A model generated the notes under the pieces. It saw nothing but the letters and a program-made list of their open reading frames with translations. It did no database searches and had not been told where the DNA came from. A stretch of 64,000 bases of DNA, from NCBI GenBank assembly GCA_039096225.1, contig JBBPEB010000027.1, positions 930,001-994,000 on the forward strand, given 5' to 3'. The stretch's first letter is position 1, and the number at the start of each line of letters is the position of its first letter. The stretch comes from Blastocystis sp. Blastoise. Taxonomy: Eukaryota; Protista; Bigyra: Opalinata. This document shows, piece by piece, positions 27,894 through 46,077 of this stretch. The position numbers and the translations under genes are program-made.

Positions 27894-28996
27894 TTAATTT
27901 GACTGCCTTATTGGTAATAATGGATAAAAACAGGGTTTTGATTTTTGTTTAGAGAGTTCAAAGAATGTATTTAAACAATGTTCTTTTTCTTTTATTCGTA
28001 TATATTCGTTAGTATACAGTTGTTGACGATACGAAGTAGCTTCAAATTCTTTGTTATTCTCTTTTGATTTTCGATGCTCTAAATAGAGTTATAAATATAA
28101 TATTCAATACATATAAATAATAGAATATAGAGATAAATGAAGTTGATAGTAATGAATTCATTTTTTTTTTCATTTATTATTATTATCATAAAATAAACAC
28201 ACTTTTATGTTTTCCTTTTTGATTCAATTGTTTCTGTTTCTCTTCATGTCTTCCTAGAAATAGAATATAATATAATTGTAATATAATTGTATATAATAAA
28301 GTAATATAATGATAATATAATAATATAATGATAATATAATGATATATTATAATATATAATAATAACATAATAACATAATTCTATATAAACTACAAAAATA
28401 TGAAAAAAATACAATATAATAAAATAACAAATTAATATAATTATACTATTATATTTTTCAACTGCTGATGTAAAAAATGATTTCCATTCATCGTTCATTA
28501 CTATCTAAATATATATTAAATTATTAAGTAATAAATATAGAAAATATAACATATGAAATATATACTTCGCTTTCCACAATATTTTCTTGTGAATCGGAAT
28601 CACTTAAGTCCATAAAATCACTATCTAGATCAGAGTCAAGACAAATAGCTTGGTAATCTTCTTTTGTTAGTTTGATATTCTTATAGTTTTGATTTGTAGT
28701 GTTGTTCTTTATAGTATAATCATTTTCTTTTTTAACTGTATCTGATCTTAATATTGACTCTCTAGGAATTCTACAGTTATGTACATAAAAATATTCATTT
28801 TTTATATAGCAAATATATTTACAATATACTCAGCATATGTAGACTTATTTGTAGCAGTATTTTCTTCAATTTGTGTGTGTTGAACACTTTGAAATGTCTT
28901 TGGAGTTAACCAATCCGTTTGATTTGAGTTAAATAGAACAGGCCATCTTTCTACAAATGGGAATGGAGGAGGAATATATTGTTCAGATGAATTCAT
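27894..28996 (-). CDS. Gemin8-like protein (SMN complex), 5 exons
   Basis: The spliced product has an acidic patch, then IVMNDEWKSFFTSAVEKYNRRHEEKQKQ and C-terminal LYTNEYIRIKEKEHCLNTFFELSKQKSKPCFYPLLPIR. These resemble the Gemin8 blocks as I recall them (EITEELRQYFAETERHREE and LYG...I..ME..VQL.FD....PKYWPVIPL). Confidence 0.6.
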
Positions 28997-30006
28997 TCAG
29001 AATTGAAAAAAATGATTTGTTTTCTAGTTATTTTTTATCGTAAAGTTTTCATTGACTATTATTAATTCTATGTATTCTTCATAAATAATAGTATTCATAT
29101 TTAAAAAAAATAAAGAACAAAAATTTCGTTTTGATTAAAACTATTTAAAAAACCTTTATAAGCTATAATTTAGAGTCAACTCGCAATGTTGAAGAGCAAA
29201 TAAACAAAATTTATCATTATTAAATTAAAAAATAGAAAACTCCAAAATAAAAACGATCTAATTCAAGTTGTTATAGATATAAAAATGTAATATTCAATTT
29301 GATCCTTCTTGTCATTTTCTTTATTCATTGTATTTGATAAACTATTCATAAAACTGTGAGATTTTCGTTGGATATGAATATATTCTTTGAATATTGTTTT
29401 CATATATTCTAATTTAGGATAAATTGGATAATTGTATGAAGAAAACATAGTTCTCAATATAATGACGAACTCTTATCATTGGTCAAACAGAAGAAACACA
29501 CTGAATCTATAAGGGTTTGGATGAATAAATAGACAATGAACACAAGTACTGATCTGGAAAAAGAGTCTAAATCGAAAACAAAATTTCTAGAAGAATTCCA
29601 AGTCGAAATCAAACTCCGCACTGAATTTCGTTAATTCCAACCTTAAACAATTACTCAAAACTTTATAATCGTGAAATAATTCAAAATCTGCGGGACTCAT
29701 TTGAGTTATTTGTGGTTATTTATTTTTTTAAAGTCAATCCAACCCTTAAAAAACACTAAGAGAAATCATAATAATTATTGGAGAAAATACAAAAAATAGC
29801 CAATGAATAGAGTGTCATTCTTTTGAGCATCAGGTTTGTGGTCATTATTTTCAATTTTTCAATACAACCACAAAATCAAGAACATGACGTCTTATGAAAT
29901 TACCAATAAATGAAGGGTTGTACTAACGACAATTTTTATAACATTATTATAGATATATATTTATATTTATTTTATTTTTATATTTTATTACTGATCATAA
30001 CTAAAA

Positions 30007-30276
30007 ATGAGAACTTTCCTTATTGTCGCTTTATTCGTTGCTCTTATCTCTGCTGAAAACTTAAGAGCTAATAAACCTGTTATCCCTACTGCTACTGATT
30101 GTAGTGATGCTTCTTATCTTATTCATTATGGTGATATTTCTGTTACTGAAATGAACAGAGGTCAACCTATGACTCTTGATTCTGGTGAATCTACTATTGA
30201 TAAGGATGTTACTGCTGCTAGTGTTCAAGTTACTGCTGTTACTTCTGGTGTATGTTTTTATTATTATATTATTATG

Positions 30277-30364
<88 letters not shown>

Positions 30365-30615
30365 TTATATAGGCTACTGTTTTAGATAAGACTGTTTCTG
30401 CTTGTGGTGATGCTGTTGTTGATTTACCTCTTGGTTTAGGTAAGATTCAAGTTAACAGTCCTTCTTGCCCTATTGCTGCTGGTACTGTTGATTCTACTAT
30501 TATGAAATGTACTCTTCCTATCATTACTCCTTCTGGTAATTACAACATCAGACTTGATGCTAAGACTGATAAGGGTGAAAAGTTATATTGTCTTAACGTT
30601 GCTTTCAAGTTATAA
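30007..30615 (+). CDS. Secreted ML (MD-2/NPC2-like) lipid-recognition protein, 2 exons
   Basis: Signal peptide MRTFLIVALFVALISA; DCS...AC...SCPIAAG...LPIITPSGNYNIRL...LYCL pattern. Intron at 30250-30372. Confidence 0.85.
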
Positions 30616-30810
30616 ATTTGAGTTTTATAACTTTTTTTTGATGTTCGTTATTTATTTGTGTCTATTATAGTTTCATATTAAATGTGTATCTCATAATATC
30701 TATTTGTTTTGTTATATGTTTTATTAGATTTTAATTATATTTAAATAAAATTTAACAAAAAGAAAAATCAAGTAATTAATGGAAAACGTATATTAAATAT
30801 AATTTATGTT

Positions 30811-33192
30811 TTAATATAATTCATCTTCTACTTCATCTGTATATTCCCAAGCAATTCCTTTTTGACCTTCTTTAATAGATTGAACTTTAGCGTTTTCATT
30901 TTGTGTAAGACCTGTAAATTGTTTTTCATGAATATAATCAAGAGCAAATGAATGAAATTCTACTAATTCTGAAGCTGTATGTATATGAATAAGTTCTTCT
31001 TTATTTTTCTCTTCTTTTTCTTTTATTTCTTGTTTCTTATGTTTAATTTCTTTATCATCATCTGATACTAATAATCTATAGATTATATATTATTAGAATA
31101 TATATTATTATAAATATTATTAGAATATATATTACTAGAATAAATAATATTTGAATAAATACTATTTGAATATATAGAATTAAAATATATATATGAATAA
31201 TCAGGAATATATTCTCCAGTCCATTGACGATTATTAAATGCTATATCAAGATCAAATGGAGTTATTATTAATAAATCACGTAACTATATATAAATAATAG
31301 TATATATATAAATTATAGTATACATATAGATAATAGTATATATATAAATAATAGTATATATATAAATAATAGTATATATATAAATAATAGTATATATATA
31401 AATAATACTATATTCAATATACTTCTTCATCAATAAAAATAGATCTTGGACAGCCTACTAATATATAGCAATCAATACCAGGAATATTAGCTAATTTGGG
31501 GAAATTGATTTTACCTACAGAAAGGACATAACATATTTTATCATTTGATTCTAATGTGTTCTTTATATGATTGATTATATAGGTATATTTATAAAAAAAA
31601 ATAAAATAAATAGTGTATGAATAATAGAATAAATAGTATAATATAATATATAATAATAATAATAATTATTATTATAGAATAGTATATATATATTTATACT
31701 TATAAACAGAGAGAGTTCCAACAACAATAGCAAATACATTCGATTCTTTAGCTCTTTCAGAATAATTATAATGTATCATCAATTCTTTTCTTGCTTTATT
31801 CTATAGATAATAAGTAAACATTTAAAAATAAAGTTAAAATAAAATTAAAATAATTCTAAAAAAAAAACATATATATAATACTATATAAACAATATATACT
31901 TCATTTTTCCAGCAATAATAATCTTCATCAAATCTATATACAGTGGATAAAGCACATTCCATCGATAAAGTTTGATATGCTTTATTATTTCTACCAATAT
32001 ATAAAATAAAAGGATTCGTTTCATAAGAATAAGAATGAAATAAAGTGGATCCAAGATGTATATAACTCTTTTGTATATCTGTAATTGATTTATTATTAAA
32101 TACACAAGGAATGCTAATTGTATTTTCTATAGTCTCTATATATATAGTAATCATAAATAATAATAATAACAATAATAATAATAATAACGTTTATAGATTA
32201 TTTAACAATTAATAATATATATACATAAATTGATTCAATATATAGATTAAAATAATATACATATATATACCTTGATTATTTTGTATATTATCATTGCAAT
32301 GACAAGGAGAAGACCAATTTTGTGTATGAGGTAATATACCTATTTGTATCTCGGAATACTGTTCTTGAAGTTGAGACACAATTGAAGGAATATAAGATTC
32401 ATAAATTGGTTCATAGCATAAATAAACTAATCTATATATATAATATAATTAATTATTTATCTATATTTTATAAAAATTTGTAATATAATATAATATAATA
32501 TAATATAATATAATATAATATAATATAATATAATATAATATAATATAATATAATATAATATAATATAATATAATATAATATAATATAATATAATATACTA
32601 AAAATAAATATATATACCCATGTAATTTAAAAGTAATTTCAGAAAATGTTGAAATAAGAGTGTCTACATCTAAATTTGTTTTTCCAAATACATAATAAAT
32701 AGGAATATTATCTACAATACTAATACAAGCATCACCATAATGAATAATTAAATCAGAATCAACATGAGATGCAGCAACCTATATAATAAAAGAAAATAAT
32801 AAATAAAAAAAAAAATGAATATATAGTAAATAGTATTTAAAAAAAATAATACTTACAACATCAACACAACAAGGAGAATAAGAAGTATCACCCAACACAT
32901 ACAACTGACAATCTTTATCTACATATTTCTATACAAAAAAATAATAACAGCAAATGTATCACAAAGTATATATATATATGAAATTAAAATCATTTTCTAT
33001 ATATACACTGAGCTCATTGAACACATAGAATGAATCAGCTAAGAGTTCATCTGGAAATTGTAACGTAACACGTTTTGCCTGTCGACATTGTATGGCTTTT
33101 AACGTATTTTCAATCTCATAATACTCAAACAAGGGAATATTATCTACATTCATTGGCGAATTTTCTTTACTTTTTAAGAATTTGTCTTGCAT
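30811..33192 (-). CDS. DPH2: Diphthamide biosynthesis protein 2; multi-exon
   Basis: RVTLQFPDELL, LGDTSYSPCCVD|VAASHV..IIHYGDAC, VVGTLS, VGKINFPKLANIPGIDCYILVGCP, ITPFDL, C-terminal FTGL...EGQKGIAWEY. Two junctions appear non-canonical (see findings). Confidence 0.9.
32481..32597. repeat. (TAATA)n pentanucleotide repeat in a DPH2 intron
   Basis: Directly visible; a similar run lies at ~51310-51375. Confidence 0.9.
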
Positions 33193-33467
33193 CTATAACA
33201 TAAAACACGTACATATATGTTATAAAGAAACAGCACATCTATAAAATATACTTTTTCGTCAGTTCACATAAAAATGTAAATAATCAAGGTTTTTTTGACT
33301 TTGCTTTTTACCATCAAAACCGATATTCACGAATATCTACACAAACCAGCTATGTTTATCTTGATTTCTTACGATTAATCCAATTATTTACTCTTTTTTC
33401 TCTGTTTATGTCGATTCCTTATCATTTTACAAAAGATTATCTGTATTACTGACTTGTTTTAGCAGAA

Positions 33468-34455
33468 ATGTTATCTCGCATATCGTATATTGTTAGAACA
33501 ATTTAGGATCTATGAATTTTATATATAGTTTATTAAGAAGCGCTAAATTCATTGCTAAACCAGCTGTTGTTGCTAGTGCTGTTCAAGGTCCTTTCAAAGC
33601 CACTTGTATATATGAATTTAACAATTGAAATATTTAATCTATACTGTATCTTTTAGTTGTTCAACATGATGGTTTGAAAATTGATCCTCATACTCCTATG
33701 AGCAAGAGTATTTTTATTTTCTATTTGTTATTATTCATTTGATTGCTATTTGTTTCTTCTATCTAGTTCTTGATAGAGCTTGTAGTTATTTGTTTTTAAC
33801 TGATTTATTCCGTGGTATGTATAATGTTTGTGTTCAAATGGGTAGAGAAAAATTCACTCTTAACTTCCCTCATGAACTTAATCAATTATCTCCTAGAATG
33901 AGAGGTGAACATTGTTTAAGAAGATATCCTTCTGGAGAAGAAAGATGTATTGCTTGTAAACTCTGTGAAGCTATTTGCCCTGCTCAAGCTATTACTATTG
34001 AAACTGTATATATATATATATTATTTTATTATTGTATTTATTATATTTATTATTATTATATTTATTATATTTATACTATAACTTTTATAATTTTATTTAT
34101 CACTAAATTTCTATATAAATATAGTATATCTATATATATATCTATATATATATTTTATATATAACTATATATATATATTATATATAACTATATATATATA
34201 TATTCTATATAGGCTCCTCGTGCTGATGGTTCTCGTCGTACTACACGTTATGATCTTGATGAATCTAAATGTATTTTCTGTGGTTATTGTCAAGAAGCAT
34301 GTCCTGTAGATGCTATTGTTGAAAACCCTAATCTTGAATTTGCTACTGAATATAGAGAAGAACTTTATTATGATAAAGCTAAATTACTTAAGAATGGTGA
34401 TATTTGGGAACCTCTTCTTGCTGCTAATATTGCTGTTGATATCATGTACCGATAA
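33468..34455 (+). CDS. NDUFS8: Complex I TYKY subunit (2x[4Fe-4S]), 5 exons, with presequence
   Basis: [13 protein letters not shown] presequence; [31 protein letters not shown]; [33 protein letters not shown]. Confidence 0.97.
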
Positions 34456-35013
34456 ATTATTGAATTATTATTCATTATAAATATTTAATAGTCAATACTA
34501 TAAAATTTATTATAATTTAATATGATTTTATTTTGATTGATTTTTATGAATATATATTTATTTTATTATCAATAGAATAATAATTAACTATATATTCTTA
34601 TATTCATTCAATTATAATTATATTATTTATATACTTTTTAACAAATATTTTCTTTTTTCTTCTTCTATATAATATATATATATATATATACATATGCATA
34701 AAAAATTATAAACACTATTTTATAATAATGAAATACATTGTTGATTTGAAACCATATTTTTATTTTTATATATTAAAAATCTAAATAATATAGAATTAAA
34801 TTACAAGCTGCTATTTTAAACTTATTGAAAAAAGTAAAAATTAAAAAACAAAAAATTTTGAATAAAAAAATGTCCACAGATTTTTAGAATAATCATGATT
34901 TTTTAAGAATATAGATTTTTATCATTTTTATTATCAAGAACTATTTCAATATAGTTGTTGATTACACAATAATAATAAATCAGTGTTAATAAAGAACTTA
35001 GAAATTAAAAAAG

Positions 35014-35674
35014 ATGGAAGTTGAAGAAAGAAGAAAAAGAATTGCTGAACTAAAAGCAAAACGTGAAGCTCTTTTACAATCAGATGAGCAAAAGAATCAA
35101 GATGGTGATAAGAAACCAAAAATTATTTTCCGTAATTACATTCCAAGTGATCAGGAAATGAAGAAGGATATTGCACCTCTACCTATTATACCAAAACAAG
35201 CAACTTTCGATGAAGAAATTAAACAAATTAAAGAACAAAAGAAGGTATATTTGCTATGCTATTTTTTAAATGATATCATTTGATTCAATTAACATTTTTA
35301 ATTTATCTAGGATGATAACTTATTAAATTTTGTAGCTAAAAAACCAGATTGGGATTTAAAGAGAAATATACAAAGTCGATTAGATATATTAGAAAAAAGA
35401 ACTCAAAAAGTTATTGTTCAAATGCTAAGTATATTGGAATATATATTAATTATTATTGTTTTATTTATTATATAATTTATTTTTATTTGTTTTTGTATAC
35501 ATTATTATACTAGCTATTATACTTATTATGATATCTATTATAGAAGAAAAGATTGCTGAGATGGGTGAAGATGGTGAAAATGTTGATGATGAACAAATTG
35601 ATGAAGAAGAAATAGATAATAAAGATGAAACAAACGATGAAAATGAAACTAAAGAAGATGAAACTAATGATTAA
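35014..35674 (+). CDS. CCDC12: Spliceosome-associated Cwf18/CCDC12, 3 exons
   Basis: ERRKRIAELK, IFRNYIPSD, AKKPDWDLKRNIQSRLDILEKRTQKVI. Confidence 0.9.
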
Positions 35675-36111
35675 ATTTTTTTTTATAAATTTTTTATTTT
35701 CTTGTTATTCATGTGTATTATTGTATATATATATATATATATTTGTGTATTTTAATATATTGTTGTTTTTAATAACGCAAATTGAAATTTTATAGAGATT
35801 CAATGTTTTTTTTTAATATTTTTATATTTCTTGGAATACTATAAGCAATAAGAAAACAAAACAATAAAAATAATAAACAATATAACTACTCTATTTGCAA
35901 AAAAAAGAAGAAACAATTAATGTTCTGTTAATAAAAAAATATTATAAGATTATAAATGTATATTTTATAAATAAAATAAAAATAAAAAATAAAAAAAATG
36001 TATAATAATATATAGAATTATAAATAGTAAAAAAACGATATGAAAAAAAAAAAATTATATTTAAATACAGAATATAGACTTACTAGTGATTTTGTGTGAA
36101 TCATTATTATT

Positions 36112-37121
36112 TTAATTGATAATGTTGTTATCAAGTTTATTTTGTTCAGGATCAGCAGATATTTCAGAAGGTATTTCAGAAATTATTTCAGAAGGTATTT
36201 CAGAAGATTCAGTAATATTTACTTCATTTTCAGTAGATTCAACAGGTATTTCAGAAGATTCAGTAATATTTACTTCATGTTCAATAGATTCAGAAGGTAT
36301 TTCATTAGATTCAGTAATATTTACTTTATTTTCAGAACACTTTTCTTTATTATTATCATTATCTATTTCATTAGATTCACATATATTTTCTATAATAATA
36401 TCTTTATGAATAGAATTTGTAAGAATAGACTGATCTTCAGAATTAACTTTAGTAGAAGAAGATAGAATATCTTCATTATTATTACATGATTTATCTTCAT
36501 TAATATTACATGATTTATCTTCATTAATATTACATGATTTATCTTCATTATTATCAATAGAAATAGATATAGGAACAATATCATTTGTTGGTATATCATT
36601 AATAGATGGTAAATCATTTTCAAATGAATTTGTTGTATATGTATTTATAGTATCTATTATAGGTTCATCTAAAGTAGAAAGAGAAGGAATAATAGTATTA
36701 TTAGTAGTATTACTAGTAGTTTCCATTGAATGTATAGATATATTAGTATCATTACTTATTTCTTTAGGTATTTCTGGAATAGATATAGTAGATAGAGGAA
36801 CTTCAAGAGTATTCATTTCTTCAGTTGTAGTAAATTCTTGTTGAATAGTATTGGTTCCTTCATTTTCTTTTTCTTCTTCTTCTTTTAATTGATTTATTTC
36901 ATGAATACATAATTCTGATTTATCTTCTTTAATTTCATCTTCATCTTTATCTTCAGAAATCATAGTATGCTTTTCAATGATATTCTTATTTTCAATTTTA
37001 TCTTTATTTGTATCAATTTCTTTAGAATTCTCTTCAATTGAAAGTGTTTCTATATTATTATTATTGTCATTCGTTTCTGTTGATACAGAAGATGATGTAG
37101 GAATAGGAACCTTACCACCTG

Positions 37122-37164
<43 letters not shown>

Positions 37165-39913
37165 AAATATTTATATAATATAGTTATAACAATAAGAAAA
37201 AGAATCTATACATATAAATAATAACAAAATTGAATCAATAAAAAAATGAAAGAAATTAAACTATATATACTTGAAACATATTCATTCATAAAATTAATAT
37301 GTTTATTTCCAGTTTTACGACCAGGTAAACGGCGTTTATACTGTATTAATACACGTGAATCCTATAAATATATTAATAATGTTAAGTTATATTATAAAAT
37401 AACTAGAATACTTTTATAGGAAACTAAAATAATTAGCAAAAAAAAAAAAATTAATAATAATAATAAAAAAATATTTAATAAATTAAAAAAAAATTTACAG
37501 TAATATCATCTTCATTTGAATATTGCATTTTGATTGGCTCAGTAGGTTCCGGTTTCGAAGGAAGATTAGCACAAATACCAAATAAGGGACGTGCTCCAAT
37601 AGGAACATACTATTAATATAATAGATAATATAATATATATATATATATGTATGAATATGAAAACAATTATAATAGAGTCGTTACATTAATATCATATTAC
37701 TAAAAAGAATAATAAAGCAATAAATATAATAATAATATATATATACTTTCTTGGTAGGTGTTTCCGTAATTTGTTCTTTAGGTACAGAACTCTCTTCTTT
37801 TATAATATTATTATTATTATTAGATTTAGGAATAGGATGAGGACGAGAAGGAGGTGGAGGAGGTAGAGATCGTTTTATATGAGGACGTGGAGGAGGAGGA
37901 GGAGGAGGACGTCGTGTAGGTTTTGTATGTTGAGGAGCTATAGGTAATGGCTTAGAAACAGGAATAGAATTATTATTATTGTTTTCATTATTATTATTAT
38001 TGTTTTCATTATTATCATTATTATTAGTTGATACATATGAAGAAATATCATTAGAAGAAGATTTTGCTAATATAGGAGCAATAGTTGATACAGTATAATC
38101 TCTAGAAGGAAGAGGAGGTAAAGAAGAATTATCTTTTTCTTCTTTGGGAATAATATCATTACGTGAAGGTAGGGGAGGAGGAAGAGGCTTATGACTTGGA
38201 AGGGTAGGTAATATAGAGTGTTTTATAGTGACTGATGAAGATTCTATAGGTACAGATGTACTATTATTGATTTCTTCAGATTTCTCAGGTATAGTGTCTA
38301 TATTGTTTTGTTTATTATTTTCAATTTGAGTATTATTTATTGAAGAATTATTATCATTTGGTTCTTCTTTCTTTTCAGTTTCAGGAAATTCTTTGGAATA
38401 TTCATTAACAGTTTCTTTTGGAGAATCATAATTAATAATCATACTATCTGTAGATACATTATCATCATCACTATTATCTCCATTTTCATCTTTATATGGA
38501 ACATCTTCTAATTGTGAAGAATACTCACTAGATGTTGAAGAAGAAAGTTGATGAATAGTATTTATTTTTGGAGGTATAGAAGGTAATACAGGTAATTGCT
38601 TTGGAGGTAAAGTAGGCATAGGCTTTGAAGGCTTTGTTAATAATGGTTTTTCAGGAATAACAGGAGGTGTATCTAATACTGATGATGCATTAGTAGTAGT
38701 AGAAGTAGTAGAAGATGAAATTATATTCATATTAGGTTTAGGAGGAATAGGAGGAGATGAAGTATCATTAGATGATGGTGAAATAATAGAAAATTTAGGT
38801 TTTTCAGGAATAGAAGGAGGTGTTTCTATTGAAGAAGATGAAGATGAAGATGAAGAAAGGATTGAAAATTTAGGTTTTTCAGGAATTGGTGGTGAAAATG
38901 AATCATTTGATGACGATGAAAAATGTATATTTGGTTTTACAGGAATAGCAGGAGGTTGATTATCATTATGGTTATTTTCATTGTCTATACTAGATGATGA
39001 AGAAGAATATAGAGATGGTTTAGGTTTAGAAGGAATAGGAGGAAGATTTTCGGTATTTATTTCTTTAGATATAGAGGGAAGAGATGGTTTCGGTTTAGAA
39101 GGAATTGGAGGAAGTTTTTCTTCATCTAATTCTTGAGGAATAATAATATTATTAATATCATTCTTTTCTTCTAAGTCATTAGTCTTCTCACTTATAGAAA
39201 CAACAGGAACAGGATGAGAAGGAAGAGGAGGTAATATATGATTATGTTTAGTAGGTAAAGAAGGAAGTGGAGGAGGTATATGATTCTGTTTAGTAGGTAA
39301 TGAAGGAACTGTTTTTGTTATTGGTTGAGATATATTTGTAGATGTTAAAGGATCTACTTTATTATTCTCTTGTAAATTAGCTTCATTAGGAACAATTCTT
39401 TCTTTCTTTTCTTCTTCCTTTTGTTGTTCAGAGGGAATATCATGTTTTTGAGTAACTGATGGAGTTATTCGACGAGGTAATGGTTTTGGAGGAGGCATTT
39501 TCGGTAATTGCCTTTTTGGTTGACTGCTTGACTCTGAACCAGATCCTAAGAATAAAAAGTTTTATAAAATAGATCAAATATAAAAAAACTCAAAGAAATG
39601 AATGTAGAATGATAGTATATTTTTTTTAAAAGAATATGTATATATATGTACCTGATGATGATCTAGAATTTGGATCAGGAAAATGTAATAATTGAGGTTG
39701 AGAACTAGTTGATTTTCTGAATTTTGATAAGAAACCAGTAGCTATGTGATTAATATAGGTAGTATAAATTACACATATGATTTATAATATATTAAGATTG
39801 AGATACAACTATTTGAGGAGGGTGTTTGAGATCCATGATCAGAAGGAGACTGAGATTCTTGGATATCTAAATACTATAAGTTTTGTATACTACTGTAGAA
39901 TACCTTCACTCAT
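36112..39913 (-). CDS. Proline-rich, largely disordered protein (many PPIPxKP motifs, acidic tail); multi-exon
   Basis: ATG at 39913 in a 10-nt first coding exon. In-frame splicing joins the 37681-39498 and 36112-37125 ORFs through two small exons. Confidence 0.75.
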
Positions 39914-40120
39914 TATATATGATTTAAAAAATAATGGTTATTCAATAAGGTCATAAAAACAAAATGTCTTTTAGAGCAAGAAAGATCTTTTTGAATTTCC
40001 ATAATTATTGGAGATTTTTGATTAATTTTGGTTTTTTTGCATTTATTTAAATTGACACATTCATTGTTTGTTGATTGAAATTATACTTTTTATTGCTAAT
40101 AATACTTTCAGAGAACAAGG

Positions 40121-43583
<3,463 letters not shown>

Positions 43584-44116
43584 TATCACTGTTTCAGCTG
43601 TTTTATCTGGCTTTTATTTAAACATATTATTACTTTTCTACTTCTCCTACTATTATTTGAATGTTTATTTATTCCCCTTTATATGATCTACTTTTTTATC
43701 ATATGATTATTGTCATGCATTTTCATTGACTGTTCTCTATGATAAATTCTTTTCTTGACTATTCTTTTTAATCTGAATATGTCGTTCCAATTTATCTTAT
43801 TTGCTTTTTCCGATCTTTGTCATGTTATATTCTTGTTTTTGTCATTTATTTTCATCCTTTGCTTATCATTCTATTTTTTTGATGTATAATCGAGATTCTT
43901 TAAAGACTAGAACACTTGTAATTTGGTAAAAAAAGTCAATATGTCTTTTTATTTAACTAAAAATGATTCACACGGGAATATGAATTCTATTACGTTATAA
44001 CAATTATTTTCTCATGTTTTTTTGAAACAGTTGTTTTTAACAAGAAATTTGCAAAAAAAAAAAAAACTAATGGTTTCATGGGAATTTTAGAATATTTTTG
44101 TTGTTGCTTGTATATC

Positions 44117-44826
44117 ATGTCTGAAGAAGAATCAGCCCCATTGACCTTTGGACAGATTATAGAAAAACGTAAAGATGGCTTTAGTAAAAAGCAAGAGATA
44201 AATATAGAAGAACATGATCACAAAAAACCAAAATCAATGAAACGATTAAATAAGAATGCTCCTCAAGAGATTTCTTCCAAACATTTTGTACGAGAGAAAA
44301 AGGAGATCCTTAATAAGCATGAAATAAGAGGTACTCTATATAGAATTTATTAAATTTTTCTTTTATGCTTGTTTTTGTGGAAATTGTTATATTTTATTAT
44401 TTTTTTATATATATTATATATTAGATCCTCGTTTTGAAAATCTTTGTGGTAAGTATAATGATGATTTATTCAGAAAATCATATAAATTTATTGAAGAACA
44501 ACAGTCAGTAGAAGCTAAAGAATTAAAGAATAAAATGTTTAGAGAGAAAAATGAATATAAAAAACGTCGTATTCAAGCTGATTTAACTAGAATTGTTCAA
44601 CAACAACAGAATAGACAACGAAGAGATAAGGTTTGCTATTTCATTATATATATGAATATGTTCTATTATATATAATATATTTTATTATATATAATATTAT
44701 GCTTATAATAATAACATATATATAGATGATTGAACGTAAACATGAATATAAACAAAAAGAAAGTGAAGCTGTTGCTAAGGGTAAAAAAGTATGTTAATAA
44801 TAATAATAATAATAATAATATCTCAG

Positions 44827-44901
<75 letters not shown>

Positions 44902-45229
44902 TATGAATGATTTTATAATTACATAACAACAATAATCATGTTTTTCTCTAGCCATATTTTATGAAGAAGAGTGTATTGAAGCAAGAAGAACTTAAGGATA
45001 GGTAATCTATCTATATATATATATCAAATAATTGAAACATAATATACTTTTTTTTTATAGATTTGAGAACTTAAGAAAGAGAGGCAAATTAGTCAAATAT
45101 ATAAATATATATATATACTTTATAACTATTAAATAATTATATAGATATATGGAAAAGAAGAGAAGAAGAAATTCTGAAAGAGATGAACGTTATATTCCTT
45201 CTGCTCGTCAGTCAAATGATAATGAATAG
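44117..45229 (+). CDS. RRP36: rRNA processing protein RRP36; multi-exon
   Basis: NKNAPQEISSK, R|DPRFENLCGKYNDDLFRKSYKFI, EAVAKGKK|PYFMKKS, FENLRKRGKLVKYMEKKRRRN. The last junction needs an AT donor. Confidence 0.9.
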
Positions 45230-46077
45230 TTTTACTTATTCATTTTGCTTCATTTTTTGGGTTATTTGATGCTGCATTGTTTTAATTTGATGTTATTTGT
45301 GTGAAGACTTGTTTTACAATTGTTGTTGTTTTGTTTTTTTAGTAATTATTGTCATTGTTTAAAAAAAAAACAATTTCTATATTTAATAAAACATGTCTTA
45401 TAATTAATCAATTAGTCTTCATTTTAAAAATGAGCTTTCATTCTCTTTATTTCCAAAAATTAATAAATTTGATTTTCTTTTATATAACTACTTTTAAATT
45501 ATCCATAGCGTCCATTATTGCCTTTTAGTGAATACATAAAAACATTTATTAATTTATTTCCCGTTAATAAAAATGGCGTTCACATAAAATTGTTACAAAT
45601 TTTATTATGGATTTATATCATATATAGATTCAGAGATAAAAATGATATTAATGCTTTCATTTTCTTTTCATATCTTAAAATACGCTTCAAAATGGAGTTG
45701 ATTCAATAAAAGAAAAAGAAACTCTATTTGAGATTGCAATTCCTCCTTCGCTTTTTAGCACAAATAATTGGTTGATCTTTGATAATGACAATTACTTTGT
45801 CATATTGGTCTTTCCTTTTTTTATTTCTGACCATAATAATGAAATCTCTATAGTGAAATCTAGATAAATGAATTATAGATAAGATATATATTTTGAGATT
45901 ATTAGAGATTATTTCTTCCGATGTCCAGTCATTTCATATATCTTAAAAGATGTGTCATTGTTTTAAGGAGTTTGATGATTCTTTGGAAAGAATCACAAGT
46001 TTATTTGAAAACACAAATATGAGCAATAACAAAAATAGAGATTGATTGTATCTCATATTTTATTTTATCTGTATGAA

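Noticed and set aside
29263-29633. 64-aa minus-strand ORF and a 32-aa plus-strand ORF starting at 29536
   Set aside because: No homology cues or supported exon structure; a small gene cannot be excluded.
31290-31395. 18-bp tandem repeat superficially like an array
   Set aside because: Spacer-less AT-rich intronic minisatellite; not CRISPR.
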